A stretch of DNA of 64,000 bases from Escherichia coli (lineage in GTDB: Bacteria; Pseudomonadota; Gammaproteobacteria; Enterobacterales; Enterobacteriaceae). This document shows positions 10,799-23,658 of this stretch, piece after piece. A program made the translations under genes and the position numbers. The stretch lies in assembly GCF_041248615.1 (NCBI RefSeq), contig NZ_CP158426.1; one strand, written 5' to 3'. Each line of letters opens with the position of its first letter. Within the stretch, counting starts at the first letter, position 1. The notes beneath the pieces are model-generated. The model had not been told where the DNA came from. It saw only the letters and a program-made list of their open reading frames with translations, and ran no database searches.

Positions 10799-13300
10799 AT
10801 GGCCCTGATTGTGGAATTTATTTGTGAGCTACCTAACGGCGTACATGCGCGCCCGGCAAGCCACGTTGAAACGCTGTGTAATACTTTTTCATCACAAATT
10901 GAGTGGCATAACCTGCGCACTGACCGCAAGGGCAACGCCAAAAGCGCCCTTGCGCTGATTGGCACCGATACGCTGGTGGGCGATAACTGCCAGTTACTGA
11001 TTTCCGGGGCCGACGAACAGGAAGCGCACCAGCGTTTAAGCCAATGGCTGCGCGATGAATTCCCCCACTGCGACGCACCGCTGGCGGAAGTAAAATCTGA
11101 CGAACTGGAACCACTGCCGGTTTCACTGACCAATCTGAATCCGCGAATTATCCGCGCCCGCACCGTGTGCAGCGGTAGCGCAGGCGGCATTCTGACGCCG
11201 ATCTCTTCTTTAGATCTCAATGCGCTGGGTAATCTTCCCGCTGCCAAAGGCGTTGATGCCGAACAATCCGCACTGGAAAACGGCCTGACGCTGGTACTGA
11301 AAAACATAGAGTTTCGTCTGCTGGATAGCGACGGTGCTACCAGCGCGATTCTGGAAGCGCACCGATCCCTGGCTGGCGATACTTCCCTGCGCGAACATTT
11401 ACTGGCAGGCGTCAGCGAGGGATTAAGCTGTGCCGAAGCGATTGTCGCCAGTGCACACCACTTCTGCGAAGAGTTCGCCCGTTCCAGCAGCAGCTACCTG
11501 CAAGAACGCGCCCTGGACGTACGCGACGTCTGCTTCCAGTTACTCCAGCAAATCTACGGTGAGCAACGCTTCCCGGCACCGGGCAAACTGACGCAGCCCG
11601 CCATTTGTATGGCTGATGAACTAACCCCCAGCCAGTTCCTCGAACTGGATAAAAATCACCTCAAAGGATTGTTGCTCAAAAGCGGCGGCACCACCTCACA
11701 TACCGTAATTCTTGCCCGTTCGTTCAACATTCCGACGCTGGTTGGTGTGGATATTGATGCCCTTACCCCGTGGCAACATCAAACGATTTATATCGACGGC
11801 AACGCCGGAGCGATTGTGGTTGAGCCAGGGGAAGCCGTAGCCCGTTATTATCAGCAAGAAGCCCGCGTACAGGATGCCCTGCGTGAGCAACAGCGTGTCT
11901 GGCTGACCCAACAAGCCCGTACCGCTGATGGTATCCGCATTGAAATTGCTGCTAACATCGCTCACTCCGTGGAAGCGCAGGCCGCATTCGGCAATGGTGC
12001 GGAAGGAGTTGGTTTGTTCCGCACTGAAATGCTCTATATGGATCGCACCAGCGCACCGGGCGAAAGCGAGCTGTACAACATTTTTTGTCAGGCGCTGGAG
12101 TCCGCCAACGGACGCAGCATTATTGTGCGCACTATGGATATTGGCGGTGACAAACCCGTTGATTATCTGAACATTCCCGCAGAGGCAAACCCGTTCCTCG
12201 GTTATCGCGCCGTGCGTATTTATGAAGAGTACGCGTCGTTATTTACCACACAACTACGGTCGATTCTCCGTGCCTCCGCTCACGGCAGCCTGAAAATCAT
12301 GATCCCGATGATCTCTTCAATGGAAGAGATCTTATGGGTGAAAGAAAAACTGGCGGAAGCCAAACAGCAACTGCGCAATGAACATATTCCGTTTGATGAG
12401 AAGATCCAGCTTGGCATCATGCTTGAAGTGCCGTCGGTGATGTTCATCATCGATCAATGCTGTGAAGAGATTGATTTCTTTAGTATTGGTAGTAATGACC
12501 TGACGCAATATCTGCTGGCAGTAGATCGCGATAACGCTAAGGTTACTCGTCACTACAACAGCCTGAATCCGGCATTCTTACGGGCGCTCGATTACGCCGT
12601 GCAGGCGGTGCATCGCCAGGGCAAATGGATTGGTCTGTGCGGTGAACTGGGAGCGAAAGGTTCCGTGCTGCCGTTGCTGGTCGGTTTAGGGCTGGATGAG
12701 CTGAGCATGAGCGCACCATCAATTCCGGCGGCGAAAGCGCGGATGGCGCAACTTGATAGCCGCGAATGCCGCCAGTTGCTCAACCAGGCAATGGCCTGCC
12801 GTACTTCGCTGGAAGTGGAACACCTGCTGGCGCAATTCCGCATGACCCAACAGGACGCGCCGCTGGTCACCGCCGAGTGCATCACGCTGGAAAGCGACTG
12901 GCGCAGCAAAGAAGAAGTGCTGAAAGGCATGACCGATAACCTGCTACTGGCGGGCCGCTGCCGCTATCCGCGTAAACTGGAAGCCGACTTGTGGGCACGC
13001 GAGGCCGTTTTCTCTACCGGTCTGGGCTTTAGTTTTGCCATTCCCCACAGCAAATCGGAACATATTGAGCAATCCACCATCAGCGTAGCGCGTCTGCAAG
13101 CGCCGGTGCGCTGGGGCGATGATGAAGCACAATTCATCATTATGTTAACCCTGAACAAACATGCTGCGGGCGATCAGCACATGCGCATTTTCTCGCGCCT
13201 CGCTCGCCGCATCATGCACGAAGAATTCCGTAACGCGCTGGTTAACGCCGCCTCTGCCGACGCTATCGCCAGCCTGCTGCAACATGAACTGGAACTGTAA
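10799..13300 (+). CDS. ptsA: Multiphosphoryl transfer PTS protein PtsA/FrwA (HPr-like, EI-like and IIA domains), 833 aa
   Basis: ORF 10799..13300; PEP-utilising enzyme signature ([21 protein letters not shown]) and a C-terminal IIA-like domain. Confidence 0.93.
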   Translation: MALIVEFICELPNGVHARPASHVETLCNTFSSQIEWHNLRTDRKGNAKSALALIGTDTLVGDNCQLLISGADEQEAHQRLSQWLRDEFPHCDAPLAEVKSDELEPLPVSLTNLNPRIIRARTVCSGSAGGILTPISSLDLNALGNLPAAKGVDAEQSALENGLTLVLKNIEFRLLDSDGATSAILEAHRSLAGDTSLREHLLAGVSEGLSCAEAIVASAHHFCEEFARSSSSYLQERALDVRDVCFQLLQQIYGEQRFPAPGKLTQPAICMADELTPSQFLELDKNHLKGLLLKSGGTTSHTVILARSFNIPTLVGVDIDALTPWQHQTIYIDGNAGAIVVEPGEAVARYYQQEARVQDALREQQRVWLTQQARTADGIRIEIAANIAHSVEAQAAFGNGAEGVGLFRTEMLYMDRTSAPGESELYNIFCQALESANGRSIIVRTMDIGGDKPVDYLNIPAEANPFLGYRAVRIYEEYASLFTTQLRSILRASAHGSLKIMIPMISSMEEILWVKEKLAEAKQQLRNEHIPFDEKIQLGIMLEVPSVMFIIDQCCEEIDFFSIGSNDLTQYLLAVDRDNAKVTRHYNSLNPAFLRALDYAVQAVHRQGKWIGLCGELGAKGSVLPLLVGLGLDELSMSAPSIPAAKARMAQLDSRECRQLLNQAMACRTSLEVEHLLAQFRMTQQDAPLVTAECITLESDWRSKEEVLKGMTDNLLLAGRCRYPRKLEADLWAREAVFSTGLGFSFAIPHSKSEHIEQSTISVARLQAPVRWGDDEAQFIIMLTLNKHAAGDQHMRIFSRLARRIMHEEFRNALVNAASADAIASLLQHELEL

Positions 13301-13311
13301 AAGGAAACATC

Positions 13312-13974
13312 ATGGAACTGTATCTGGACACCGCTAACGTCGCAGAAGTCGAACGTCTGGCACGTATATTCCCGATTGCCGGGGTGACAACTAACCCGAG
13401 CATTATCGCTGCCAGCAAGGAGTCCATCTGGGAAGTGCTGCCGCGCCTGCAAAAAGCGATCGGTGATGAGGGCATTCTGTTTGCTCAGACCATGAGCCGT
13501 GATGCGCAGGGAATGGTGGAAGAAGCGAAGCGCCTGCGCGACACCATTCCGGGCATTGTGGTTAAAATCCCGGTGACTTCCGAAGGTCTGGCAGCAATTA
13601 AAATACTGAAAAAAGAGGGTATTACTACACTTGGCACCGCTGTATATAGCGCCGCACAAGGGTTATTAGCCGCACTGGCAGGGGCAAAATACGTTGCTCC
13701 GTATGTTAACCGCGTAGATGCCCAGGGCGGAGACGGCATTCGTACGGTTCAGGAGCTGCAAGCGCTGTTAGAAATGCACGCACCAGAAAGCATGGTGCTG
13801 GCGGCCAGCTTTAAAACGCCGCGTCAGGCGCTGGACTGTTTACTGGCAGGATGTGAATCCATCACCCTGCCCTTAGATGTAGCGCAACAAATGCTCAACA
13901 CCCCTGCGGTAGAGTCAGCTATAGAGAAGTTCGAACACGACTGGAATGCCGCATTTGGCACTACTCATCTCTAA
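13312..13974 (+). CDS. fsaB: Fructose-6-phosphate aldolase 2, 220 aa
   Basis: ORF 13312..13974; transaldolase-like TIM-barrel sequence ([13 protein letters not shown]...). Confidence 0.93.
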   Translation: MELYLDTANVAEVERLARIFPIAGVTTNPSIIAASKESIWEVLPRLQKAIGDEGILFAQTMSRDAQGMVEEAKRLRDTIPGIVVKIPVTSEGLAAIKILKKEGITTLGTAVYSAAQGLLAALAGAKYVAPYVNRVDAQGGDGIRTVQELQALLEMHAPESMVLAASFKTPRQALDCLLAGCESITLPLDVAQQMLNTPAVESAIEKFEHDWNAAFGTTHL

Positions 13975-13984
13975 AGGAGCAATT

Positions 13985-15088
13985 ATGGACCGCATTATTC
14001 AATCACCGGGTAAATACATCCAGGGCGCTGATGTGATTAATCGTCTGGGCGAATACCTGAAGCCGCTGGCAGAACGCTGGTTAGTGGTGGGTGACAAATT
14101 TGTTTTAGGTTTTGCTCAATCCACTGTCGAGAAAAGCTTTAAAGATGCTGGACTGGTAGTAGAAATTGCGCCGTTTGGCGGTGAATGTTCGCAAAATGAG
14201 ATCGACCGTCTGCGTGGCATCGCGGAGACTGCGCAGTGTGGCGCAATTCTCGGTATCGGTGGCGGAAAAACTCTCGATACTGCCAAAGCACTGGCACATT
14301 TCATGGGTGTTCCGGTAGCGATCGCACCGACTATCGCCTCTACCGACGCACCGTGCAGCGCATTGTCTGTTATCTACACCGATGATGGTGAATTTGACCG
14401 CTATCTGATGTTGCCAAATAACCCGAATATGGTCATTGTCGACACCAAAATCGTCGCTGGCGCACCTGCACGTCTGTTAGCGGCGGGTATCGGCGATGCG
14501 CTGGCAACCTGGTTTGAAGCACGCGCCTGTTCCCGTAGCGGCGCGACCACTATGGCGGGCGGCAAGTGTACCCAGGCGGCGCTGGCACTGGCAGAACTGT
14601 GCTACAACACTCTGCTGGAAGAAGGCGAAAAAGCGATGCTTGCCGCCGAACAGCATGTAGTGACTCCGGCGCTGGAGCGCGTGATTGAAGCGAACACCTA
14701 TTTGAGCGGCGTTGGTTTTGAAAGCGGCGGGCTGGCGGCGGCTCACGCGGTGCATAACGGCCTGACCGCTATCCCGGACGCGCATCACTATTACCACGGT
14801 GAAAAAGTGGCATTTGGTACGCTGACGCAGCTGGTTCTGGAAAATGCGCCGGTGGAGGAAATCGAAACCGTAGCTGCACTTAGCCATGCGGTAGGTTTGC
14901 CAATAACTCTCGCTCAACTGGATATTAAAGAAGATGTCCCGGCGAAAATGCGAATTGTGGCAGAAGCGGCATGTGCAGAAGGTGAAACCATCCACAACAT
15001 GCCTGGCGGCGCGACGCCAGATCAGGTTTACGCTGCACTGCTGGTAGCCGACCAGTACGGTCAGCGTTTCCTGCAAGAGTGGGAATAA
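13985..15088 (+). CDS. gldA: Glycerol dehydrogenase, 367 aa
   Basis: ORF 13946..15088 trimmed to [17 protein letters not shown]; iron-type alcohol dehydrogenase fold ([13 protein letters not shown]). Confidence 0.93.
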   Translation: MDRIIQSPGKYIQGADVINRLGEYLKPLAERWLVVGDKFVLGFAQSTVEKSFKDAGLVVEIAPFGGECSQNEIDRLRGIAETAQCGAILGIGGGKTLDTAKALAHFMGVPVAIAPTIASTDAPCSALSVIYTDDGEFDRYLMLPNNPNMVIVDTKIVAGAPARLLAAGIGDALATWFEARACSRSGATTMAGGKCTQAALALAELCYNTLLEEGEKAMLAAEQHVVTPALERVIEANTYLSGVGFESGGLAAAHAVHNGLTAIPDAHHYYHGEKVAFGTLTQLVLENAPVEEIETVAALSHAVGLPITLAQLDIKEDVPAKMRIVAEAACAEGETIHNMPGGATPDQVYAALLVADQYGQRFLQEWE

Positions 15089-15159
15089 CCTACTCCAAAC
15101 TCCCGGATTGTCCGGGAGTTTGAGAGTGCAGGCAAAGTGGCTCACTCGTCACTGCGGGC

Positions 15160-15275
15160 ATGTTTTTCCCCCTCGCCCTTTCAGGGAGAGGGTCGGGATG
15201 AGGGTAAATATTCGCCCCGGAGCTGGCCTGTTCCCCTCACCCTAACCCTCTCCCCAAAGGGGAGAGGGGACTGTT
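15160..15275. repeat. Intergenic GC-rich palindromic repeat, boxC/RSA-like, two subunits
   Basis: ccctcgccctttcagggagagggtcggg and cccctcaccctaaccctctccccaaaggggagagggg; an inverted copy of the same family lies at 60340..60500. Confidence 0.7.
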
Positions 15276-15418
15276 CGAGCACTTTTTATACGTTATCACC
15301 CGTCTGAAACTCACACGTTGTTCAGGAATTTTTTATCCGCTTCTGGACATTTTCTCTACAGAACAATCGTTAGCCCGGAAGGTCGAATCTGTGACTCTTA
15401 TTTTCACGGACGAACCAG

Positions 15419-16036
15419 ATGAAAGCTTCACTGGCGCTGGTCAGCCTGCTAACGGCGTTTACCAGCAACTCCTTAAAATCTCCGGCCGTTCCACCAACCG
15501 TGGTACAAATCCAGGCCAACACCAACCTTGCCATCGCAGACGGTGCCAGACAGCAAATCGGCAGCACGCTATTTTACGATCCGGCGTATGTGCAGCTTAC
15601 CTATCCTGGCGGTGATGTCCCGCAAGAACGCGGCGTATGTTCCGATGTGGTGATCCGCGCCTTGCGCAGCCAGAAGGTCGATTTGCAGAAACTGGTTCAC
15701 GAAGATATGGCGAAGAATTTTGCTGAGTACCCGCAAAAATGGCAGTTAAAGCGCCCGGACAGCAACATCGATCACCGTCGGGTGCCTAATCTGGAAACCT
15801 GGTTTAGCCGCCATGATAAAACACGCCCCACCAGCAAGAACCCCAGTGACTATCAAGCGGGCGATATTGTCTCCTGGCGACTGGATAACGGGCTGGCGCA
15901 TATTGGGGTGGTGTCAGATGGCTTTGCCCGCGACGGTACGCCGCTGGTGATACATAACATTGGCGCAGGCGCGCAGGAAGAAGACGTGCTGTTTAGCTGG
16001 CGGATGGTGGGGCACTATCGGTATTTTGTTAAATAA
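15419..16036 (+). CDS. yijF: Uncharacterised exported protein YijF (DUF1287 family), 205 aa
   Basis: ORF 15419..16036 with N-terminal signal peptide MKASLALVSLLTAF. Confidence 0.85.
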   Translation: MKASLALVSLLTAFTSNSLKSPAVPPTVVQIQANTNLAIADGARQQIGSTLFYDPAYVQLTYPGGDVPQERGVCSDVVIRALRSQKVDLQKLVHEDMAKNFAEYPQKWQLKRPDSNIDHRRVPNLETWFSRHDKTRPTSKNPSDYQAGDIVSWRLDNGLAHIGVVSDGFARDGTPLVIHNIGAGAQEEDVLFSWRMVGHYRYFVK

Positions 16037-16062
16037 GCGATCGCCCCACATGAAGAAAAAAT

Positions 16063-16968
16063 TCAGATGTTTTTTACACTGACAGCTTCTTTTTTCTTAC
16101 GGCTCACCAGCGCCAGTGCCAGCACAATCAGCACAATACCGCTACCTTCAACGGCCCCCGGATTCTCACCGAGCAACCACCAGGAAAAGAGTACGCCGCA
16201 AACGGGAACGGCCAGTGTGCTTAAGCTGGCAATACTGGCAGGCAAGTTTTTCAATACAAACAACCATAAGCTCCACGCCAGCGCCGTCGCCAGAATCGCA
16301 CTGTAGGCCAGAGCCCAGAACACGGTGGGCTGCCAGTCAATTTCACGTTGTGGCACCAGTAAAGCGACCGCACTCATCACCAGCGCCGCATAAAGCATCT
16401 GCCAGGATGTTAACGACAATAAATCCACGCGTGGATGGCGGGCGTATAGGCGTTTCGCGACAATCGCGCTCGCCCCCCAACTAACACCGGAGAGGATTGC
16501 CAGCAGGGCACTTTTCATCGAAGAGAAATCGAGTTGCCACGGCTGCAACACCAAAAATAAGCCGAAAGCGGCAATCAGTATCGCGAAATATTGCCCACGT
16601 CGCAGGCGTTCACCGAGAAACAACGCGGCGAAAATCACCACCCAGAACGGCATGGTATAGCTCAGGATCGCCACCTTCCCCGCTCCTCCGCTAACCAGCG
16701 CCCACTGCGCCAGGCCAACCATCCCACAGGTTTGTAACAGGGCAATGGCTAAGGTGTATTTAAACGGTGTCGGGCGCATTCCGCGACCACGTAATAAAAG
16801 GACAATGAATAAAACGAGAGCGCCGAAAATGCAGCGTAAGGCGGTGAAGTCGAAGGCACCGATGTAGCTGGTGACTTGCTTCATGAAAATCCAGCTATAA
16901 CTCCAGATAAGTGTGAGCACAACCAGGCCACTGATTGCCAGTGGGTTGCTCTTTCCTGCGGCAGACAT
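16063..16968 (-). CDS. yijE: EamA/DMT-family transporter YijE, 301 aa
   Basis: ORF 16063..17001 trimmed to [17 protein letters not shown]; about 10 TM helices. Confidence 0.85.
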   Translation of the reverse strand: MSAAGKSNPLAISGLVVLTLIWSYSWIFMKQVTSYIGAFDFTALRCIFGALVLFIVLLLRGRGMRPTPFKYTLAIALLQTCGMVGLAQWALVSGGAGKVAILSYTMPFWVVIFAALFLGERLRRGQYFAILIAAFGLFLVLQPWQLDFSSMKSALLAILSGVSWGASAIVAKRLYARHPRVDLLSLTSWQMLYAALVMSAVALLVPQREIDWQPTVFWALAYSAILATALAWSLWLFVLKNLPASIASLSTLAVPVCGVLFSWWLLGENPGAVEGSGIVLIVLALALVSRKKKEAVSVKNI

Positions 16969-17018
16969 GAGAGATCCAGTGTGTAGTTTTCCTGTGGACA
17001 CTATACGCCGGTAAAGAA

Positions 17019-17052
17019 ACTTCAGCGACTGCCATCAGGCAGTCGCTGAAGA
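17019..17052 (-). terminator. Probable terminator hairpin downstream of katG
   Basis: Inverted repeat ttcagcgactgcc/ggcagtcgctgaa immediately 3' of the katG stop; weak U-run. Confidence 0.45.
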
Positions 17053-17060
17053 AGGTCAGA

Positions 17061-19295
<2,235 letters not shown>

Positions 19296-19569
19296 TTATA
19301 ATTGAATTAATCCACGGATGCGATAGTTGAGATCTTACATATTGTTGGTTAAAGAGATGTAGATCAAATTGATCGTAATTAAGCTTTTTTGATTATGTCC
19401 GAATTCGGACAAATGCTTTATAAAAAAGGGTTTTAGCTTTATATCCTTCAAGTAATGAGGGAGAAAACAAGGCTGACACCCTTATTTTCCCGCCCTCATT
19501 TCGAGGCAGCATTTTGTGCTCTGTTTAAAATTTGTGATCACTGTGTGATTTTCACAAAAGCCACACTAT

Positions 19570-20463
<894 letters not shown>

Positions 20464-20502
20464 TTACCTCATCAATCGCTTGTAGTTATATGTTGTGTTG
20501 TG

Positions 20503-20534
20503 AACATCTATCCATTTAGACGTCCAGATGTAAA
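20503..20534 (-). promoter_or_regulatory. MetJ operator (tandem met boxes) upstream of metF
   Basis: Tandem 8-bp units related to AGACGTCT (acatctggacgtctaaatggatagatgt on the metF strand), 40-75 bp upstream of the metF start. Confidence 0.6.
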
Positions 20535-20841
20535 GATGAAGGAAAAGCCGAGGGGCGTCAACCGAAAAATGACCAATGATGGTGAGGAAAAATCAGGGAA
20601 GTTGAAAAAAACTCATCTTAATTAGAGGCGATAAAAGATTTCTCTATAGCGCAATCCACCTCGCACGTTTTGACTGATATTCTGACAACACAGCGACACC
20701 TGGGCTTATTCGAAAAACAACGTCCTGCCACCGGATGGTGATGCTAAGGCATCTGATTCGGCCTGCGCCCTCGCGTAGGCCGAATACTGGATCTGCAAAA
20801 TCAACTGGTAACAAACAGATGAATCAACTCAATACGTACTT

Positions 20842-22395
20842 TTACTTGATATCTTTCACGCGCATACCGTTGATCTGTTCATCCGTGATGGTGTTACCCG
20901 CTTTGAAGTAATCAACCACGGCGTGATAAACGTAATAACCGCCCGTTGTGTTACGCGCTTTCCCTTCGGTAAAGGCGGTAAAACCATCTCCACCATCAGC
21001 AAGGAAACTCTGAGTAGCAATGTGGTAAATCGTCGCATCTTCAATGGGTTTGCCATTCAGAGTCAGCGTGATTACCCGCTGACCAACCGGCTTACTGCTG
21101 TCGTACTTCATTTCCAGGCCTTTCGATACCTGTAAAACGCCATTACTTAAACTTGCGCCGTGTTCCATCAAACTGCGTAATTGTTTACCCGTGAGATCCA
21201 TCGTCACCAGTTCGTTGGGAAACGGGAAGGTACTGATGACGCCGCCCATCGTAATCGCCCCTGCGGGGATCTCATTGCGAATGCCGCCAGAGTTGGTTAA
21301 CGCCAATTGGGTGTTTTTACCCGCCGCTACCAGTAAAGCATCAGCCGCCAGGTTCCCGAGGGAAGCCGATTCACCATAGGCACGTTTTAATTCAACCGGC
21401 GATTTCGCGACCGTTTGTTGCACCACTTCATCAAGCTTTTTATTCCAGCCGTCGATCACCTGTTTTGTTTGCGGATCGGGCTTCCACTCGTCGGCGTAAA
21501 TGGTTTTAAGCTCGAAGTTTTTCACCGTAAAATCATGCGGCTTCTCTTTGTAGTCGAGAACCAGTTTGCCCACATCAATCCCGCCGCTGTCAGTGGAGAG
21601 GATGAGCGTATTGCCGACTTTAATCGGTTCCGGCGTACCCACATGCGCATGTCCGGTGATCAAAATATCCAGCCCTTTCACCTGACTTGCCGTCTGAATA
21701 TCTTTATCCAGCGCGCGACGCACATCTGTGCCTCCCATACTGGACTGGCGGGCCGGAACACCTTCATGGATCAGGGCGACGGTCAAATCAACCTTGCCTT
21801 TAAGTTCATCGATATAACGTTGTAGCCATTTAATTTCATCACGCGCTTCAATCCCCACTCGCGTTGCCGCAGATACCGTGTCATTAAAGGCAAATACACC
21901 GTGCAAACCTATAACGCCTATTTTCACTCCGTCTTTTTCGATGATGGTATATGGCTTATCCCAGAATGATTTACTGCTGTTCTGATAAAAAACATTGCCC
22001 TGCACAATAGGGAATTTTGCCTGACTCAACTGTAATAATGTGTTGTCCCAGCCGTGGTCAAATTCATGGTTGCCTATCGTGACGGCATCAAACGGCATAG
22101 TATTCATAATATCGATAATAGCCTTACCTTTGGTCAGGCTGCTGATATATGGCCCGGTAAAATAATCACCCGCATCAAAAAACCATGTCGCTTTATTTTT
22201 TGCTTTTTCTTGCTTAACCAGCGTAGTGATATTTGCCCAGCCGCCAATATCCCGTTTACCATCAGCGATCCACGGCACTTTATAAGGCTCGACATGCGCA
22301 TGGAGGTCGTTGGTATAAATGATGGTGACATCTTTGGCGCAAGCCCAAAACGGCAGTGTTAATGCGATACCCGCAGCAAGTATTTTAATTTTCAT
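20842..22395 (-). CDS. Secreted bifunctional metallophosphoesterase/5'-nucleotidase family protein (UshA/CpdB-like), 517 aa
   Basis: ORF 20842..22395; N-terminal signal peptide [20 protein letters not shown]; calcineurin-like motifs NDLHAH, GDYFTG, GNHEFD, GHAH; C-terminal 5'-nucleotidase-type substrate domain. No equivalent gene between metF and metL in K-12 as I recall. Confidence 0.75.
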   Translation of the reverse strand: MKIKILAAGIALTLPFWACAKDVTIIYTNDLHAHVEPYKVPWIADGKRDIGGWANITTLVKQEKAKNKATWFFDAGDYFTGPYISSLTKGKAIIDIMNTMPFDAVTIGNHEFDHGWDNTLLQLSQAKFPIVQGNVFYQNSSKSFWDKPYTIIEKDGVKIGVIGLHGVFAFNDTVSAATRVGIEARDEIKWLQRYIDELKGKVDLTVALIHEGVPARQSSMGGTDVRRALDKDIQTASQVKGLDILITGHAHVGTPEPIKVGNTLILSTDSGGIDVGKLVLDYKEKPHDFTVKNFELKTIYADEWKPDPQTKQVIDGWNKKLDEVVQQTVAKSPVELKRAYGESASLGNLAADALLVAAGKNTQLALTNSGGIRNEIPAGAITMGGVISTFPFPNELVTMDLTGKQLRSLMEHGASLSNGVLQVSKGLEMKYDSSKPVGQRVITLTLNGKPIEDATIYHIATQSFLADGGDGFTAFTEGKARNTTGGYYVYHAVVDYFKAGNTITDEQINGMRVKDIK

Positions 22396-22527
22396 AAACA
22401 GTCCCTTTCAGTGAGATAAAGGATTGCTACATTACGTTCTGAAAGAGTTATTTATGTGAGAGTAATCACATCCACAGGGGAGCGTTGCCGGACAAAATCA
22501 ACGACCATGTGAAATCGTTGGTGATAT

Positions 22528-23658
22528 ATGTCGACTCTGTTTACGATTAATGCCTGCAAGTCGTTTGGTTGCCGTAATTTAGGGCAGCCAACATCTAAAG
22601 ATTATAGCTGGCCCGACTATCGGCTGGGTTATCCGGCATTGCACTGTCGGGCATGTGGCAGTTACCCGCCGTTGTTTGACGAGCAACAATTTCGTGACTG
22701 GTTGTCAGTTCACTTATCTACTTTTGCAACAGAGAAAGGCCATTTTTGCCCGGTATGTTATGGCACAAAGACGATTTGTTATGGCCACAATCCACAGGGG
22801 TCGCAACGCATTCAATGTCGTAACTGCAAAAAAGTCTGGACACCTAAACAATATCAGAAAGAAATAACGCCTCCTGAAATAATCGAAACGGTTGCTCTTC
22901 TGGTGCCATTTCAGGGAGCCAGCAATGGGCAGAAACTGTATGTTTTAATCAGTTTTGATGCTCTTCGCGGTAATATTCTTCATCTTTCTACTAATTACAC
23001 GCAGCATCAGGCTGGAGAAAGTCTGCATTATCGATACAGAGGGAATGCAGAACCAGAGTTACACGAGAGTAATATTGTACAACGCGTTGATATGCGCGAA
23101 GCACAATTTCTACGCCGCAGTCAGTTTGATGAAATTCAGTATGGCAGCGCAGCGCTCAAACGCAATGCTAAAGGTGTTATTCTGCGTCCGGTTATCACTG
23201 CACACGGGCATTTCAGAGTACTGAATATTTTATTCCCTACAGTAAAAACACATGTAATTTCACACGAGTGTTTTTTAAGAGGTGCGATTATTACGGCCTG
23301 GGCAGAACTGTTTCGCCAACAGCAAGGTGAGATTTGGTTTATTGAAGAGGAAATAGCTGACTATACCGATAATACGCCCTGGCGTTTTCAGGGAAAAACT
23401 TATCACGGCTGGTGGAAAAATCAGTGGCAACTCTGGGTTCAGGGCAAAAATCGTAAAATGGTATGTGCATTAACGGGCGGAAATATCAGCAAAGCTGAAA
23501 TGCTCTCTTTAGCAACCAGCAGACATTTTATCGACTGGCTACATAAACAAGCAGTATTTACTCACAGCGCCCCGCTTTCCGCAGGGCGCGTTACGCAAAT
23601 ACTGCTTTCTCTGGCTCAGGATTACAACAACTGCGCCAGGCGGTTAATATCCGACTGA
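22528..23658 (+). CDS. Uncharacterised 376-aa protein with N-terminal Cys-rich zinc-ribbon region (transposase InsA/IS1595-type)
   Basis: ORF 22528..23658; motifs C-x4-C, C-x2-C and CPVC-x17-QRIQCRNCKKVW resembling IS1 InsA and IS1595 zinc ribbons; no obvious DDE triad; 3' end overlaps the convergent metL stop by about 37 bp. Confidence 0.55.
   Translation: MSTLFTINACKSFGCRNLGQPTSKDYSWPDYRLGYPALHCRACGSYPPLFDEQQFRDWLSVHLSTFATEKGHFCPVCYGTKTICYGHNPQGSQRIQCRNCKKVWTPKQYQKEITPPEIIETVALLVPFQGASNGQKLYVLISFDALRGNILHLSTNYTQHQAGESLHYRYRGNAEPELHESNIVQRVDMREAQFLRRSQFDEIQYGSAALKRNAKGVILRPVITAHGHFRVLNILFPTVKTHVISHECFLRGAIITAWAELFRQQQGEIWFIEEEIADYTDNTPWRFQGKTYHGWWKNQWQLWVQGKNRKMVCALTGGNISKAEMLSLATSRHFIDWLHKQAVFTHSAPLSAGRVTQILLSLAQDYNNCARRLISD

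Noticed and set aside
15097-15123. Hairpin caaactcccgga-ttg-tccgggagtttg after gldA as a rho-independent terminator
   Set aside because: Good stem but no downstream T-run; may be a stabilising hairpin or part of the adjacent repeat, so not called as a terminator.
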